A stretch of DNA of 64,000 nucleotides from Mobula hypostoma (Eukaryota): contig NC_086097.1 of assembly GCF_963921235.1 (NCBI RefSeq), positions 149,980,001 to 150,044,000 of the forward strand, in the 5' to 3' direction. Positions 63,245 to 64,000 of the stretch are shown here, piece by piece. A program made the position numbers and the translations under genes. Positions within the stretch are counted from its first letter, which is position 1. Each line of letters begins with the position of its first letter. The notes beneath the pieces are model-generated. The model saw only the letters and a list, made by a program, of their open reading frames with translations. It did no database searches and was not told the DNA's origin.

Positions 63245-64000
63245 CAATTCCTGCCACACTGGACACTGACCAATATGCTTGTCAACAGAACTGTTCTATG
63301 ACAGATGTCATAGCCATAGCTTCTGTTGTGCACCTGGCCCTGACACACTTAGAGACGAGGACACTAACGTCAAAATGCCGTTTCTGGATTTCAGTTTGGC
63401 ATTCAGCACTATTGCCGCAGACTTTATTGAACAAATTTCCGCTCCTCAGTCTAAATGCACCACTGTGCAATTGAACGTTGGACTTTCTAACCAGCAGATC
63501 TCAGACTGGGTAATGAGTACTTCCCTCAGGAAGTGAGACTAATGAATAATCTGCCACTGCTGAGATGTCACTAGGACAGTGAGCTGTTTTCTCTTTACTT
63601 ATCCCAGATGCAGCAGAGAGCATCACCGCATTGTGTGTAAACTGCACTGGCATTAGGAAGGCTTGACAACAGGTAGTTAAGGCTGTCCAATACCTCACCA
63701 GCCTACCCACCATCAAGGACATATACCCAGAAAAATGCCAGACCAAGGCTAGCAACATTGTAAAGGATTCCGCCCCCCCCACCGCACCCTGCTCATGGAC
63801 AGTTTGTCCCACTCCCATCAGGAAGGAGTCTACGTAGCATCCATACCAGGAGCACCAGATTCAAAAACAGTTACTTTCCCTAAGCAGTAAGGTTGATCAA
63901 TGCCTCCACCCACTAACACTCCCAACCACACCCCTCATCACCAATACTTTATCAATTTTTGTCAGTCACATAATATATAGACTCTTCTGTGAGAAGCATC
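63245..64000 (+). mobile_element. Rex1/Babar fragment(s)
   Basis: VKMPFLDFSLAFSTI; ccatcaggaaggagtctacgtagcat...aacagttactttccc C-terminal motif. Confidence 0.8.

Noticed and set aside
1..64000. CRISPR arrays, operons or other prokaryotic systems
   Set aside because: No regularly spaced repeat-spacer array or gene-dense organisation; the sequence is a vertebrate-type TE landscape and most short ORFs are antisense or off-frame TE reads.

Overview
Eukaryotic, repeat-saturated DNA, probably intronic or intergenic. The repeat set (CR1, Rex1/Babar, Penelope, V-SINE/HE1-like) suggests a cartilaginous fish, likely a ray; that is inference. I recognise no intact host protein-coding exon, and essentially every interpretable ORF is transposon-derived. 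Contents: many decayed CR1 and Rex1/Babar LINEs; a complete hAT Charlie/SPIN-like transposon (27777-31868, 15-bp TIRs, 8-bp TSD); a deleted chromodomain Gypsy element (37937-40761, 5-bp TSD); a second Gypsy LTR family; a solo LTR; a Tc1 fragment; an R2/HERO-like restriction-like-endonuclease LINE; and two SINEs. The most striking system is a young Penelope-like element (PLE) family. Its 3' end carries a minimal type I hammerhead ribozyme motif (CUGACGA...GAAACGUC). It inserts as TSD-flanked fold-back palindromes (about 1.3 kb at 28431-29742, 254 bp at 3469-3722) and as 94-140 bp ribozyme-only units, with ends clustering at one TGTGTG register. Boundaries of old, decayed elements are approximate.
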